A stretch of 64,000 nucleotides of DNA, from the NCBI GenBank assembly GCA_034521595.1, contig JAXHMG010000003.1:1408001-1472000 (forward strand). Direction: 5' to 3'. Position numbers and translations under genes: made by a program. This document shows, piece by piece, positions 19,377 through 29,910 of the stretch (position 1 is the first letter of the stretch; every line of letters starts with the position of its first letter). Under the pieces are notes generated by a model. It was not told the origin of the DNA, did no database searches, and worked only from the letters and a program-made list of their open reading frames with translations. Source of the DNA: Gemmatimonadota bacterium. Its GTDB lineage: Bacteria; Gemmatimonadota; Gemmatimonadetes; Longimicrobiales; Gaopeijiaceae.

Positions 19377-20334
19377 AGTCCTGCTCCAGGTACTGCCGCA
19401 GCCGCTTGTCGAACGAGTCCGCGGAGTGGATGCCCGAATAGGTCAGCAGATGGTTCATGGCCACGACCTCCGAGATCACCGTGATGTTCTTTCCGGGGTT
19501 CAGAGGCACGGTCACCTTCGGAATCTCCACCCCGAGGATCTCGTGGGTTTCCACGTCCAGACCGGTACGCGTATAGCGGCCGTCTTGGTCCCACGTCTCG
19601 AGCTGGACGACGACTTCGATCCGCTTCTGCTGACGGATCGCGGTCACGCCGAAGAGCGCCGAGACGTCGATGATCCCCACCCCCCGGATCTCCATGTGGT
19701 GGCGTTGCAGCTCGTGGCCGCGCCCCATCAGGACGTCGTTGCCGGTCCGCCGCACGAGGATGAGATCGTCGGCGACGAGCCTGTGTCCCCGTTCCACGAG
19801 ATCCAGCACGCATTCGCTCTTCCCGATCCCGCTCTCGCCGATGAAGAGCAAACCCACCCCGTACACGTCCGCCATCGATCCGTGGAGCGCCGTGGTCGGC
19901 GCGAGAACCATCTCGAGGAACGGCTTGATGCGGTGGTAGAACTCGCGCGTCGTCGCCGAAGAGCGAAGAACCGGAATCTCGCGAGCGCTGGCACACTCGA
20001 GGAAATACGTGGGAATGTCCTGGCCCTTGGTCACGAAGACCGCGGGCATCCCGAACGAGAAGAACGCCTCGAGCCGCTCCCTCGCTTCCGTCCGGTCGAG
20101 GGTCGCCATGTAGGTCATCTCGGTCTCGCCGAACACCCAAAGCCGTCCCGACGGCACCCGTGCCATGTGGCCGGCCAGCGCGAGGCCGGGCGAGGTGATG
20201 TCCGCGTCGTCGGTGGTGCCGTCGAGGGGCACCCCGTCGTTCATGACCTCGAGTCCCAGCGTGTCGCGCTTGACGTCCAGGACTTCCCGAACGGAGATAC
20301 GCTTGGATTCGGCGCCTTCAGACTCCTCCATCAC
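19369..20334 (-). CDS. hprK: HPr kinase/phosphorylase
   Basis: LHG, GESGIGKSE, LVADD, MEIRGVGII, PGKN. Confidence 0.95.
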   Translation of the reverse strand: MMEESEGAESKRISVREVLDVKRDTLGLEVMNDGVPLDGTTDDADITSPGLALAGHMARVPSGRLWVFGETEMTYMATLDRTEARERLEAFFSFGMPAVFVTKGQDIPTYFLECASAREIPVLRSSATTREFYHRIKPFLEMVLAPTTALHGSMADVYGVGLLFIGESGIGKSECVLDLVERGHRLVADDLILVRRTGNDVLMGRGHELQRHHMEIRGVGIIDVSALFGVTAIRQQKRIEVVVQLETWDQDGRYTRTGLDVETHEILGVEIPKVTVPLNPGKNITVISEVVAMNHLLTYSGIHSADSFDKRLRQYLEQDYE

Positions 20335-20340
20335 GTTCCG

Positions 20341-20667
20341 TCAGTCCCCGGTGACCCGGTCCTGAAGCGGCGGAGCCTGGTGCTCCCGCTCCTTCTTGCG
20401 CTGCTCACGCAGCATCCGGCCCACGCGACTGACCACCTGGTCCACGGCCGCCCTGAACTCGTCGGCCTCTCCGTGGCCGACCACAGGGGGCGCGCCGTCG
20501 GCATGCACGATCACCTCGACCTTGCGACTGACTCTCTCCTCCTCGAACACGACATCGGCCGAGGTGGCTCGAGGATGGAACTTGGAGAGCGAAGCCACCT
20601 GCTCGCGGGCCCGCTCGAGGACGTCGTCCGGCACGTCGCAGTGACGTGTGGCCATCTGGATTCTCAA
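20341..20667 (-). CDS. hpf: Ribosome hibernation factor (HPF/RaiA family)
   Basis: MRIQMATRHCDV...AAVD..V.RV.R.L pattern; lies upstream of hprK. Confidence 0.8.
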   Translation of the reverse strand: MRIQMATRHCDVPDDVLERAREQVASLSKFHPRATSADVVFEEERVSRKVEVIVHADGAPPVVGHGEADEFRAAVDQVVSRVGRMLREQRKKEREHQAPPLQDRVTGD

Positions 20668-20713
20668 GGCATCTCCTCATCTCGAATGATGAAGCTACCA
20701 TACCCTTCGGAAG

Positions 20714-21838
20714 TTAGCCGGCCACGGTCGGAGCGACCACCCGCTCGAGCACCCGCTCCACGCCGTCCGCGGTCGCCTCCCAGGAAAAGCCGTTTGCGAA
20801 CGCCCGGGCCTCTTCCGACATGCGGGACCAGCGGTCGTCCTCTGTCGTGAGGCTGATCAACGCCGAGGTGAGCGCGTCCACGTCGCCATGGGGCACGAGA
20901 ACGCCGGTTCGCCCCGCAACCACCGACTCGCGGAGCCCGGGAGCGTCACTCGCGACGGTGGGCGTTCCGCACGCCGCCGCCTCGATGTTCGTGATCCCCC
21001 ATCCTTCCTTGGCGGACGTCAGCACGTGGACCCGAGACTTCCGGAGGATGTCGACCTTGCGCTCTTCCGACACGAATCCGAGAAACGTGACCCGCTCGGA
21101 TATTCCGAGCCGTTCGGCGAGGCGTTCGAGGACATTCCGCTCGTCTCCGGCGCCCGCCACCAGCAGCCGAGCCCGCAGGCCACGGTCGGCCATGGCCCGC
21201 ACGGCCCGGAGGACGAGGTCCAGGCGCTTGTAGCGGTTGAGGCGCCCGACGAAAACCAACGTGGGCTCTTCGAAGCGCTCCTCCGGGGAGGCCGGCTCGA
21301 ACCGCTCGAGGTCGATCCCGTTGTGCACGACCGTGATCCGGGATTCATCGAGTCCCCGACCCACCAGGTCGTCGCGAGTCCCGTCCGAGACGGCGATCAC
21401 CGGAACGTCGCGATAGGCCCGTGGCACCGCGGACTCCAGAAGGACGGTCGCCAGCGCCACCGGCGCGGACGCGGCCTCGAACGCCGTGGCGCCGAACAGA
21501 TGGTGGACGAGCAAAGCCGTCGGGACGCCCGCGCCCCACCAGGGCGTGAAGACAGGCACCTTGTTCAGGTCCTCGACGACCACGTCGAACGCCCGCTGAC
21601 GAAGCTCGCGACGGAAGTAGCGCGGAGCGGCCACGGAGAAACTCAGACGCGTTCCGGTCCGGTGCACGTCGAGGCCGTCCAGCTCGGTCCTGGTGGCACA
21701 CCCGGGCCATCCGGACACGAGAGCGGTCACCGCATGCCCCCGGGACGCGAGACGTCCGAACGTCTCGTGCAAGTGGATCTCCGCTCCACCCGCCCGCGGA
21801 TTCTCGCGGTCCAGCCAGTTCACGACGAGAATGCGCAA
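20714..21838 (-). CDS. Glycosyltransferase family 4
   Basis: NPRAGGAE, FVGRL..YK, EGWGITNIEA.ACGTP. Confidence 0.9.
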   Translation of the reverse strand: MRILVVNWLDRENPRAGGAEIHLHETFGRLASRGHAVTALVSGWPGCATRTELDGLDVHRTGTRLSFSVAAPRYFRRELRQRAFDVVVEDLNKVPVFTPWWGAGVPTALLVHHLFGATAFEAASAPVALATVLLESAVPRAYRDVPVIAVSDGTRDDLVGRGLDESRITVVHNGIDLERFEPASPEERFEEPTLVFVGRLNRYKRLDLVLRAVRAMADRGLRARLLVAGAGDERNVLERLAERLGISERVTFLGFVSEERKVDILRKSRVHVLTSAKEGWGITNIEAAACGTPTVASDAPGLRESVVAGRTGVLVPHGDVDALTSALISLTTEDDRWSRMSEEARAFANGFSWEATADGVERVLERVVAPTVAG

Positions 21839-21854
21839 CGGGCGCGTGCCCCCC

Positions 21855-22334
21855 TCACGCTTCGTCCGGCTTTCGATCTCCCTCGTCTCGCTCCGGAAGC
21901 TGCTTGTAGAGGGCGTCGAGGACGCCGTTGACGAACCGCGGCGACTCGTCCCCCCCGTACGCCTCCGCGAGGCGGATCGCCTCCTGGATGCTGACCTTGG
22001 GGGGAATCTCGTCGTCGTAGAGGAGCTCCGCGGCGCCGATCCGGAGAATCGCCCGGTCCATCGCGGCCAACCGGTCCAATCGCCAGTTCTGGAGCGCCCG
22101 CTGGAGCGCTTCGTCGATCTCCTGCCCGTGCTCGTCCAGCGTGGACATGAGGTTGCGCACCTGCGGCACCCGGCGGGGTGAGACGCGCCGGGTCGCCATC
22201 GTGTCCATCAGGGCGTCACGCAGCGTGCCCTCACGACCGCCGCTCTCCCAGCGGTAGTGCACCTGCAACGCCCACATGCGGGCACGGATCCGGTCCAAGC
22301 GCTGACTCCGGTCGAGCCCCACCACGCCGCTCAT
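21855..22334 (-). CDS. nusB: Transcription antitermination factor NusB
   Basis: NWRLDRL..MDRAILR, EAIRLA..YG..SPRFVNGVLD; ATG 22334. Confidence 0.92.
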   Translation of the reverse strand: MSGVVGLDRSQRLDRIRARMWALQVHYRWESGGREGTLRDALMDTMATRRVSPRRVPQVRNLMSTLDEHGQEIDEALQRALQNWRLDRLAAMDRAILRIGAAELLYDDEIPPKVSIQEAIRLAEAYGGDESPRFVNGVLDALYKQLPERDEGDRKPDEA

Positions 22335-22822
22335 CGTGCGGCCATCCGCGTGAAGACACGGACCATCTCGACCGCGGTCGTGGCGGCTTCGAATCCCTTG
22401 TTGTCCGCCCCGTCGCCCGCGCGCGCCAACGCCTGATCGAGGTCGTCGGTCGTCAACACTCCGAACACCACCGGGACCTCCGACTGGACGGCCACCGACC
22501 CGAGGCCGTGGGACGCGTGACTGCACACGTAGTGGAAGTGTGGCGTCTCGCCGCGGATGACGCACCCGAGGGTGATGACGGCGTCGTGCCCGCCCGCCGC
22601 GACGACGCGGGCGGCCGCCTGGGGCAACTCCCACGCGCCCGGCACGGCGAAGACATCGACGAGGTCGGGATCGGCCCCGAACTCCTCGAGCGCCGCTCTG
22701 GCTCCGGCCAACAAGCGGTCCGTCACCTCGGCGTTGAAGCGAGACACGACGACGGCGATACGCAGGCCCGTCGCGTCGAGCGTGCCACGGTACGCGTCCA
22801 CCGCGGATCCTCCGGAGCTCAT
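22331..22822 (-). CDS. ribH: Lumazine synthase
   Basis: [32 protein letters not shown] 22822. Confidence 0.95.
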   Translation of the reverse strand: MSSGGSAVDAYRGTLDATGLRIAVVVSRFNAEVTDRLLAGARAALEEFGADPDLVDVFAVPGAWELPQAAARVVAAGGHDAVITLGCVIRGETPHFHYVCSHASHGLGSVAVQSEVPVVFGVLTTDDLDQALARAGDGADNKGFEAATTAVEMVRVFTRMAAR

Positions 22823-24030
22823 ATCAGGTGCCCGAGCTTGGAACGTTTGGTTTCGAGATACCGCTCGTTGTGCACCCCGGGCTCGACGCGGAGCGACTCC
22901 CGACCGGTGATCTCCAGGTCGTAGCCGTCCAGACCCACGATCTTGCGCGGATTGTTGGTGAGGAGCCGGAGGGAGTGAACGCCCAGGTCCAGGAGGATCT
23001 GCGCTCCGATTCCGTAGTCGCGAAGATCGGGCTTGAACCCCAGCCGCTCGTTCGCCTCGACCGTGTCGAGCCCGCCGTCCTGAAGGTGGTAGGCCTTGAG
23101 CTTGTTCCCGAGCCCGATGCCCCGTCCCTCCTGCCGCAAGTACACGACCGCTCCCTCCTCTTCCTGCGCGATGCGCTCGAGCGCCGCGTGGAGCTGTTCG
23201 CCGCAGTCGCAACGCAAGGAGCCGAACACGTCGCCCGTCATGCACTCGGAGTGCATGCGGACCATGACGTCCTCCTTGCCCTCCAGCTCTCCCTTCACCA
23301 GGGCGAGGTGCTCCCCTCCGTCGAGCTCGCTCCGGTACGCGATCACCCGGAAGTCTCCGTAACGGGTCGGAAGCTCCGCCTCGGCCACGCGAGTCACCAA
23401 CCGGGTCTTGGTGAGCCGGTAGGCGACGAGCTGCGCCACGGTGACGAATTTCAGCCCGTGCTCGGCGGCGAACTCGTGCAGCTCCGGGCGTCGGGCCATC
23501 GTCCCGTCGGTGTTGAGGATCTCGCAGATCACACCGGCGGGCGCGAACCCGGCGAGCTCGGCGAGATCCACCGAGGCTTCCGTTTGCCCGACCCTCCGCA
23601 ACACACCGCCCGACTTCGCCCGAAGCGGAAAGATGTGTCCCGGCCTCCGCAGATCCTCCGGCCGGCTCTCGGGATCCGTGAGAACCTCGATGGTCTTGGC
23701 CCGATCATGGGCGCTGATTCCGGTCGTGACGCCGAACTTCACGTGCGCGTCGACCGAGACGGTGAACGCCGTGCCCTGAGGGTCGGTGTTCCGATCCGTC
23801 ATGAGCGGCAGGTCGAGCTCGTCGGCGCGCTCGGACGTGAGCGCCACGCAGATGAGCCCGCGCGCGTGCTTGGCCATGAAGTTCACGTGGTCGGGGGTGA
23901 CCGCGGCTGCCGCCATCACGAGGTCCCCCTCGTTCTCACGATCTTCGTCGTCGGCCACGATCACCATGCCACCGCGGCGAAGCTCGTCGAGCGCTTCCTC
24001 GACGGTGTCGAATCTTTCTTCGGAGCTCAT
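22819..24030 (-). CDS. ribBA: Bifunctional DHBP synthase/GTP cyclohydrolase II
   Basis: [43 protein letters not shown]. Confidence 0.97.
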   Translation of the reverse strand: MSSEERFDTVEEALDELRRGGMVIVADDEDRENEGDLVMAAAAVTPDHVNFMAKHARGLICVALTSERADELDLPLMTDRNTDPQGTAFTVSVDAHVKFGVTTGISAHDRAKTIEVLTDPESRPEDLRRPGHIFPLRAKSGGVLRRVGQTEASVDLAELAGFAPAGVICEILNTDGTMARRPELHEFAAEHGLKFVTVAQLVAYRLTKTRLVTRVAEAELPTRYGDFRVIAYRSELDGGEHLALVKGELEGKEDVMVRMHSECMTGDVFGSLRCDCGEQLHAALERIAQEEEGAVVYLRQEGRGIGLGNKLKAYHLQDGGLDTVEANERLGFKPDLRDYGIGAQILLDLGVHSLRLLTNNPRKIVGLDGYDLEITGRESLRVEPGVHNERYLETKRSKLGHLI

Positions 24031-24638
24031 TCGGTCGGGCCCTCCCCTCGTGCGGCCAAAATCTTACCCACGTATTTTCCGATCAGGTCCCCCTCGACGT
24101 TCACCGGATCACCGGACTCGAGGGTGTGCAGGTTGGTGTGCTCGTAAGTGTACGGGATCAGCCCGACCGTGCAGGTGGACGCGCCGGGCATCTCGGCCAC
24201 GGTAAGGCTTACCCCGCTCAGCGCGATCGAGCCCCGTTCGACCGTGAGGACGGCGACGTCGTCGGGCAGCTCGAAGCGCATGCGCCAGAACGCGCCTTCT
24301 TTTACAACGTCCCTGAGGTAACCCAGGCCATCCACGTGACCCTGAACGAGATGGCCGTCGATGCGTCCAGTCATCTGCAGGGCCTGCTCGAGGTTCACAT
24401 GAACCCCTTCCCGGTACCCGGCCGCCACGGTCCGCTCCAGACTCGTTCCGATGACGTCGACGTCGAAGCTGTCCTCGCCCAGAGCCGAGACGGTGAAGCA
24501 GGCGCCGTCGACCGCGACCGAATCTCCCGGGGAGAGATCCGCGGCGAGATCCCCGCACGCGATCGTGAAGCGCCGGGTGCCGTCCCGGTCCTCCACCGCG
24601 CGAATCTCCCCGACGCGCTCGACGATACCGGTGAACAT
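24027..24638 (-). CDS. ribE: Riboflavin synthase
   Basis: [25 protein letters not shown]. Confidence 0.95.
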   Translation of the reverse strand: MFTGIVERVGEIRAVEDRDGTRRFTIACGDLAADLSPGDSVAVDGACFTVSALGEDSFDVDVIGTSLERTVAAGYREGVHVNLEQALQMTGRIDGHLVQGHVDGLGYLRDVVKEGAFWRMRFELPDDVAVLTVERGSIALSGVSLTVAEMPGASTCTVGLIPYTYEHTNLHTLESGDPVNVEGDLIGKYVGKILAARGEGPTE

Positions 24639-25753
24639 CAGGGCTCTGTCCGGTCGAAGGTGAGCAAGGTGTCACGACCGAAGATCGCGGGATCGGGGCC
24701 CGGCTCGAAACCGCTCCAATCCAGCCGGTCCGCGTCGTCCGTGAACGCCGGCAGGCCACCGCCCCCCAGAGTGAGGGGCGCGACGAAGAGATAGAGACGC
24801 TGCACCCGCCCCTCCGCGAGCAGGCGACCGGCGAGCTTCCTCCCTCCCTCACACAGCACCGAGCGGACGCCGAGGTCCCAGAGCACCCCGGTCACCCGCC
24901 CGAGGTCGAGCCCGTGGGCATCTTCCTCGACCGGATGCACTTCGATGCCCCGGTCTTCGAGCCGCTCGATCCGACGCGCATCGACCCCTTCCCCGGTGAA
25001 CAGGTGGACCGGCGCCTCCGGGTCGTCGGAATCGAGCACCGCGGCGTCGTCCGGAACCGAAGCACCCGGGTCGAGAATCACCCGACGGGTCGGCCGCGCG
25101 CCCCTCGGAGCCAGTCGGACCGTGAGCCGGGGATCGTCGGCCCGGAGGGTGCCGGCGCCGACCATCACCGCGTCGAACCCCGACCGGAGCCGGTGCACCT
25201 CACGCTCCGCCTCCGGACCCGTGATCCGCGTGCGGGTGCCGGGCGCGGCGGCGATGCGGGCGTCGAGCGACATCGCGAGCTTCAACGCCACGAACGGGGT
25301 TTCGTGCCGTGCCGTGTGGAAGAACGCCGGGTTCTCCCTCCGCCCCTCCCGCTCCGACCACAGCGGCCCGACGACCTCCACCCCCGCCGCTCGGAGCGTG
25401 GCCGCCCCCCCACGGGAGACGTGGCCCGGGTCGGAAGCGCCATAGACGAGCCGGGCGATGCCGGCCCGGATCAGCGCCCGCGAGCACGGCGGCGTCTTCC
25501 CCTGGTGGTTGCAGGGCTCGAGCGTGACGTAGGCGGTGGCTCCCTCCGCCGCGCTCCCCGCGGCCTCGAGCGCCACGATCTCGGCGTGGGGCCCTCCGAA
25601 GCGGGCGTGGAAGCCTTCGCCCACGACCCGGCCGTCCCGCACCAGCACGCAGCCGACCAGGGGGTTCGGTTGTACCCGACCCCAACCCTCGTGGGCGAGG
25701 TGGCGGGCACGCTCCAGGTAATCGAGGTCTTCCGGTGAGGTGGTCGCGCTCAC
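24638..25753 (-). CDS. ribD: Riboflavin biosynthesis deaminase/reductase
   Basis: PNPLVG, HAE, TLEPCNH...PPC, SLDARIA, EGG. Confidence 0.95.
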   Translation of the reverse strand: MSATTSPEDLDYLERARHLAHEGWGRVQPNPLVGCVLVRDGRVVGEGFHARFGGPHAEIVALEAAGSAAEGATAYVTLEPCNHQGKTPPCSRALIRAGIARLVYGASDPGHVSRGGAATLRAAGVEVVGPLWSEREGRRENPAFFHTARHETPFVALKLAMSLDARIAAAPGTRTRITGPEAEREVHRLRSGFDAVMVGAGTLRADDPRLTVRLAPRGARPTRRVILDPGASVPDDAAVLDSDDPEAPVHLFTGEGVDARRIERLEDRGIEVHPVEEDAHGLDLGRVTGVLWDLGVRSVLCEGGRKLAGRLLAEGRVQRLYLFVAPLTLGGGGLPAFTDDADRLDWSGFEPGPDPAIFGRDTLLTFDRTEP

Positions 25754-25769
25754 GGCATCGAGGGCCGGC

Positions 25770-26750
25770 TCATGGCGTGAACCGGAGCGAGAGCGAGCCG
25801 AACGGGGTCCCTTCCTCCGGGTCGAACGTCGACCCAGCCCCCCCGGGCACCGGCGCGTATCCGTCCGCCCATCCCCCTTCGACCGAGAGCTGGAGGAGCA
25901 GAAAGTTCAGCGCCGCTCCCACGAAGTACAGCTTCCTTTCGGCGTCGACCGACGACGAGACGCGCACGGATTCACCCCCCGCGCCGGGCACTTCCAGCAC
26001 GGCGTCCGCGGCGGCGTCCTCCCACCCGACGCCCGCGAGCACGCCGAGCCCGAAGAGGTCCTTGCCCACGGTCGCCCGGAGCGAGGTCACGGCCGGATCC
26101 ACCTCGAGCCTGGCGGGATCACCGAGCGAGGGGTCCCCCATCTCGAAAGAGCCGACGAACCGCCGCGCGACCGACACGCTCACACCGGGCAGCGTGAACG
26201 ACTCGCGAAGCAGGCCCACCCGGACTCCGACCGATGCGCCCGTCACGTTCCCCTGAAAGCCCTGGGAGGACGGAGGCATGACGAGCCCGGCCGAGCCGAA
26301 CACGTCCAGGGAGAACACCCCGCCGACGGTCGCGAGCGGCGAGAAGCCGTCCAGGATCCCCGCCGCGACCGCGAGATTCAGCGACGGCACCATGAACGAG
26401 ACTTCCGGAGCCCGTCCCGGACCCTGATCGAAGATGTCGGGCATTCCCACCGACATCCCCCCGGCGCGGAACGCGGCGGTGAACCGCGGCTGATTCCCGA
26501 TCCTGCGCCCGAGCGTGGACGAGGATCCCGCGATCTCCGAGCCCCATCCCACGAGCAGGCTCCCCTCGCCCGTGAGCGTCCGGGCGCCGACGGCGACGTC
26601 GGTGCACCGGTTCAGATTCCCCCCGAGCTCCACGCATCGGCCGCGGAGCTGTCCGGGCGTTTGGGCGCTCACGGCTTCGGCCATGAGAAGGGCGAGACAG
26701 ACCGCACAGGCCGACATCAACCGGCTCGCGCCGCACCGGCCCAAGGTCAT
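25770..26750 (-). CDS. Hypothetical exported, probably outer-membrane beta-barrel-like protein
   Basis: Signal peptide, alternating beta-strand pattern, ends in SLSLRFTP. Confidence 0.6.
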   Translation of the reverse strand: MTLGRCGASRLMSACAVCLALLMAEAVSAQTPGQLRGRCVELGGNLNRCTDVAVGARTLTGEGSLLVGWGSEIAGSSSTLGRRIGNQPRFTAAFRAGGMSVGMPDIFDQGPGRAPEVSFMVPSLNLAVAAGILDGFSPLATVGGVFSLDVFGSAGLVMPPSSQGFQGNVTGASVGVRVGLLRESFTLPGVSVSVARRFVGSFEMGDPSLGDPARLEVDPAVTSLRATVGKDLFGLGVLAGVGWEDAAADAVLEVPGAGGESVRVSSSVDAERKLYFVGAALNFLLLQLSVEGGWADGYAPVPGGAGSTFDPEEGTPFGSLSLRFTP

Positions 26751-27775
26751 TGGTAGCGCACTCCCGATCCGGGCACGACCGAGCCGATCTCGGCCGCGCC
26801 GACGTCCGCCGCCTCCGCGGCTGCGATCACGGCCCCCGCGTCGTTCGGGCGGGTCACGACGACCATGCCCACGCCCATGTTGAACACCCGGTCCATCTCC
26901 TCGCGCGCGACGTTTCCCGCCTCCTGGAGCGTGCGGAAGACGGTGGGCACCGTCCATGAGCCCGTGCGCACCTCCGCGCCCAAGCCGTCGGGGAGCACGC
27001 GCGGAAGGTTGCCCGGGATGCCGCCGCCCGTCACGTGCGCGAGCCCCCGGATCCGGCCCGCCTCGAGGAGCGGCCGGAGGAGCGGGAGGTAGCTCCGGTG
27101 CACCCGGAGCAGCTCTTCGGCGACCGACCGCCCGGTGCCCGGGAAGTCGTCACTCACCCCGAGGCCCATCACCTCGAAGACGATGCGGCGGGCGAGCGTG
27201 AACCCGTTCGTATGGAGTCCGTTGGACTCGAGCCCCACCAGGACGTCTCCTTCCCGGATCTCCGAGCCGTCGAGAATGCGCCCGTGCGGCACGATGCCGA
27301 CGATGAAGCCCGCCAGGTCGTACTCCTGCTCGGCGTAGAAATCCGGCATCTGGGCCGTCTCCCCGCCGAGCAGAGCGCAGCCGTTCTCCTTGCACGCCAG
27401 GGCGACGCCGTGGACGACGTCGTGCACGACCGCCTCGTCCATCTCTCCCGTGGCGAGGTAATCGAGGAAGAAGAGCGGCTTGGCGCCCTGGACCAGGATG
27501 TCGTTGACGCAGTGGTTCACGAGACACTGCCCCACCGTGTCGTGACGCCCCGCGCGGAACGCGATCTTCAGCTTCGTCCCCACCCCGTCGGCGCTCGACA
27601 CCAGCACGGGCTCGGCGACGTCGTCCGGCACGCGGTAGAGCCCGCCGAAGGCGCCCATCTCGGAGAGGGTGAACCGGTCGCGCGTCGAGGCGACGAGCTC
27701 CTTCAGGCGGTCCTTGGTGCGCTCCGCCGCGTCGAGGTCGACTCCCGCGTCACGGTAGCTCAGGCGGTCGGTCAT
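26747..27775 (-). CDS. purM: AIR synthase
   Basis: YRDAGVD, DGVGTK, GGETA, SNGLHTNGF, HVTGGG, FNMGVG. Confidence 0.97.
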   Translation of the reverse strand: MTDRLSYRDAGVDLDAAERTKDRLKELVASTRDRFTLSEMGAFGGLYRVPDDVAEPVLVSSADGVGTKLKIAFRAGRHDTVGQCLVNHCVNDILVQGAKPLFFLDYLATGEMDEAVVHDVVHGVALACKENGCALLGGETAQMPDFYAEQEYDLAGFIVGIVPHGRILDGSEIREGDVLVGLESNGLHTNGFTLARRIVFEVMGLGVSDDFPGTGRSVAEELLRVHRSYLPLLRPLLEAGRIRGLAHVTGGGIPGNLPRVLPDGLGAEVRTGSWTVPTVFRTLQEAGNVAREEMDRVFNMGVGMVVVTRPNDAGAVIAAAEAADVGAAEIGSVVPGSGVRYQ

Positions 27776-29469
27776 CGGTCTCGCTCCTCCGGGGCGTCAC
27801 GGATCATACGGGTCGGGGCCTCGATGCCCAGCACGGTCAGGCCGTTCCGGAGCACGATTTGCACGGCTCGTGCCAGCGCCAACCGGGCGCCGCGCAAGGC
27901 CGGATCGTCGACGAGCACGGCCAGCTCCGGATTTCTCGTGGGATTGCCCGCATGGTACCAGGAGTTGGCCGTCCCGGCCGTCTCTTCGAGGTAGTCGCAG
28001 AGCACGTGCGGCTGGGCGTGCTCGGCCGCGCGCGCCACGGCCTCGGGGAACTCCCCGAGCCGCTTGAGGAGCTCCCGCTCCGTGTCGGCCCGGAGCACGT
28101 CGAGGTCGAGGTCCGCCGCCGTCACGGTCTCCGGTTCGAGGTCGGCGCGCGCGAAGATCGAGCACATGCGGGCGTGCGCGTACTGGATCTTGTAGACCGG
28201 GTTCTTGTCGGACTGATCGAGCGCCACGTCCAGGTCGAACAGGAGGTGCGCGTCCGGCTTGCGCATCTGGAAGAAGTAGCGGGTCACGTCCACGCCGACC
28301 TCCTCGAAGAGCTCCCTGAGCGTCGTATACGAGCCCGCCCGCTTCGAGAACTTGACCTCCCTGCCCTCACGCTCGACCCGCACCATCTGGTGGAGCACGT
28401 ACTCGGGATAGCCCTCGGGCAGCCCCAGGGCCTGGAGGCCGCTCCGGACCCGCGCGACGGTCCCGTGATGGTCCGCCCCCTGCACGTTGACGACCTTGTG
28501 AAAGGCGCGCTCCCACTTGTTCAGGTGATACGCCACGTCCGGCAGGAAGTAGGTCGGCATGCCGTTGCCGCGGATCATGACGCGGTCCTTCTGGTCGCCG
28601 AACTCGGTCGTGCGCAGCCACGTCGCGCCCTCGTGCTCGTACACCAGCCCGGTCTCGCGCAGCTGGGAGACGGTCTGGTCGACCAGGCCCCGGTCGTAGA
28701 GGGAGGATTCCAGAAAGTACTCGTCGAAGTGGACGCGGAAATCGTGCAGATCCCGGTCCTGCTCGTCCCGCAGCATCGCGACCGCGAAGTGACGAACCAC
28801 GTCCAGGGCTTCGTCCGAGTCGTCGTCGAGGTAGCGCTCGCCCACTTCGTCGACGAACGCCTGCGCGATGTCGCGAACGTAGGCGCCCTGGTATCCGCCC
28901 TCGGGCACGGGCTCCGCCCGGCCCAGCAGCTCCCTGTAACGGGCCCGGACGCTGCTCGCGAGGAGCTCCATCTGGCGGCCGCTGTCGTTGTAGTAGAACT
29001 CCCGGTGCACCGCGTGTCCGGTCCACTCCAGGAGCGATGCGATCGCGTCGCCGAGCGCCGCCTGCCGGCCGTGGCCCAGGTGGAGCGGACCGGTCGGGTT
29101 GGCGGAGACGAACTCCACCATGGCCGCCTCCCCGCCCCCGCTGTCCGACCGCCCGTAGGCGTCGTCCGCCTCGAGAATGGTCTCGATCACCGAGGCGACC
29201 GTGCCCGACGACAACCGGAAGTTCAGGAACCCCGGCCCCGCCACCTCGACGGCCTCGACCCCGGCCGCGCCGAGATCCAGACGGTCCGCGATGTCCTGAG
29301 CGATCTCCCTGGGCGCCTTGCGCAAGCGCCCGGCCAGGGTCATCGCCACGTTGCTCGCCAAGTCGCCGTGCGACGGGTCACGGGGCCGCTCGAGTTGGAT
29401 CTCCTCCGGCTCGGCGCCGAGGTCGGAGATGACGGAGCGGAGTGCGCTGCGGATCGCGTCCTCGGCCAC
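27772..29469 (-). CDS. argS: Arginine--tRNA ligase
   Basis: EFVSANPTGPLHLGH, GADHHG, KFSKRAG, QYAHAR. Confidence 0.97.
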   Translation of the reverse strand: MAEDAIRSALRSVISDLGAEPEEIQLERPRDPSHGDLASNVAMTLAGRLRKAPREIAQDIADRLDLGAAGVEAVEVAGPGFLNFRLSSGTVASVIETILEADDAYGRSDSGGGEAAMVEFVSANPTGPLHLGHGRQAALGDAIASLLEWTGHAVHREFYYNDSGRQMELLASSVRARYRELLGRAEPVPEGGYQGAYVRDIAQAFVDEVGERYLDDDSDEALDVVRHFAVAMLRDEQDRDLHDFRVHFDEYFLESSLYDRGLVDQTVSQLRETGLVYEHEGATWLRTTEFGDQKDRVMIRGNGMPTYFLPDVAYHLNKWERAFHKVVNVQGADHHGTVARVRSGLQALGLPEGYPEYVLHQMVRVEREGREVKFSKRAGSYTTLRELFEEVGVDVTRYFFQMRKPDAHLLFDLDVALDQSDKNPVYKIQYAHARMCSIFARADLEPETVTAADLDLDVLRADTERELLKRLGEFPEAVARAAEHAQPHVLCDYLEETAGTANSWYHAGNPTRNPELAVLVDDPALRGARLALARAVQIVLRNGLTVLGIEAPTRMIRDAPEERDR

Positions 29470-29471
29470 GA

Positions 29472-29855
29472 TCAGGAGTCCGGCTTCGTCGACGACGCGC
29501 TCGATTCGCCCTTCTTCTCGCCGCCGCCCCCATCTCCTCCACCCGAGTCACCCCCACCGGTGTCCCCCCCGGACGAGGCTCCGTCTCCCTTGCCGCCGCC
29601 TTCACCCTTGCCCCCGCTTTCGGTGCCACCACCTTCCGCGGCCGGCGCCTCCTTGGACGCCTTCTCGCGGTACTCGTCCGAGCGGTAGTCCGTGATATAG
29701 AAGCCCTCCCCCCGGAAGAGGAAGCCGGCCCCGCCGGAGATCAGACGCTCCGCCGCCGCACCGCACTCTGGGCACGCCGCGGTGGGGTCGTCGGACATCT
29801 TCTGGAAAACCTCGAAGCGGTGCCCGTCCGGGCACCGATACTCGTATGTGGGCAT
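29472..29855 (-). CDS. FmdB-family zinc-ribbon protein with Gly-rich tail
   Basis: MPTYEYRC..GH.FE..Q....CPECG...F.GEGFYITDY. Confidence 0.9.
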   Translation of the reverse strand: MPTYEYRCPDGHRFEVFQKMSDDPTAACPECGAAAERLISGGAGFLFRGEGFYITDYRSDEYREKASKEAPAAEGGGTESGGKGEGGGKGDGASSGGDTGGGDSGGGDGGGGEKKGESSASSTKPDS

Positions 29856-29910
29856 CGTCGTCGCGACAGGCGTTTCGAGCGAAAAGGGACGGTGGAAATA
29901 GCCGCGAAAG

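Noticed and set aside
25754-25769. FMN riboswitch upstream of ribD
   Set aside because: There are only 16 bp between the genes.
29472-29650. Gly-rich repeat as a separate element
   Set aside because: It is the usual low-complexity tail of FmdB-family proteins.
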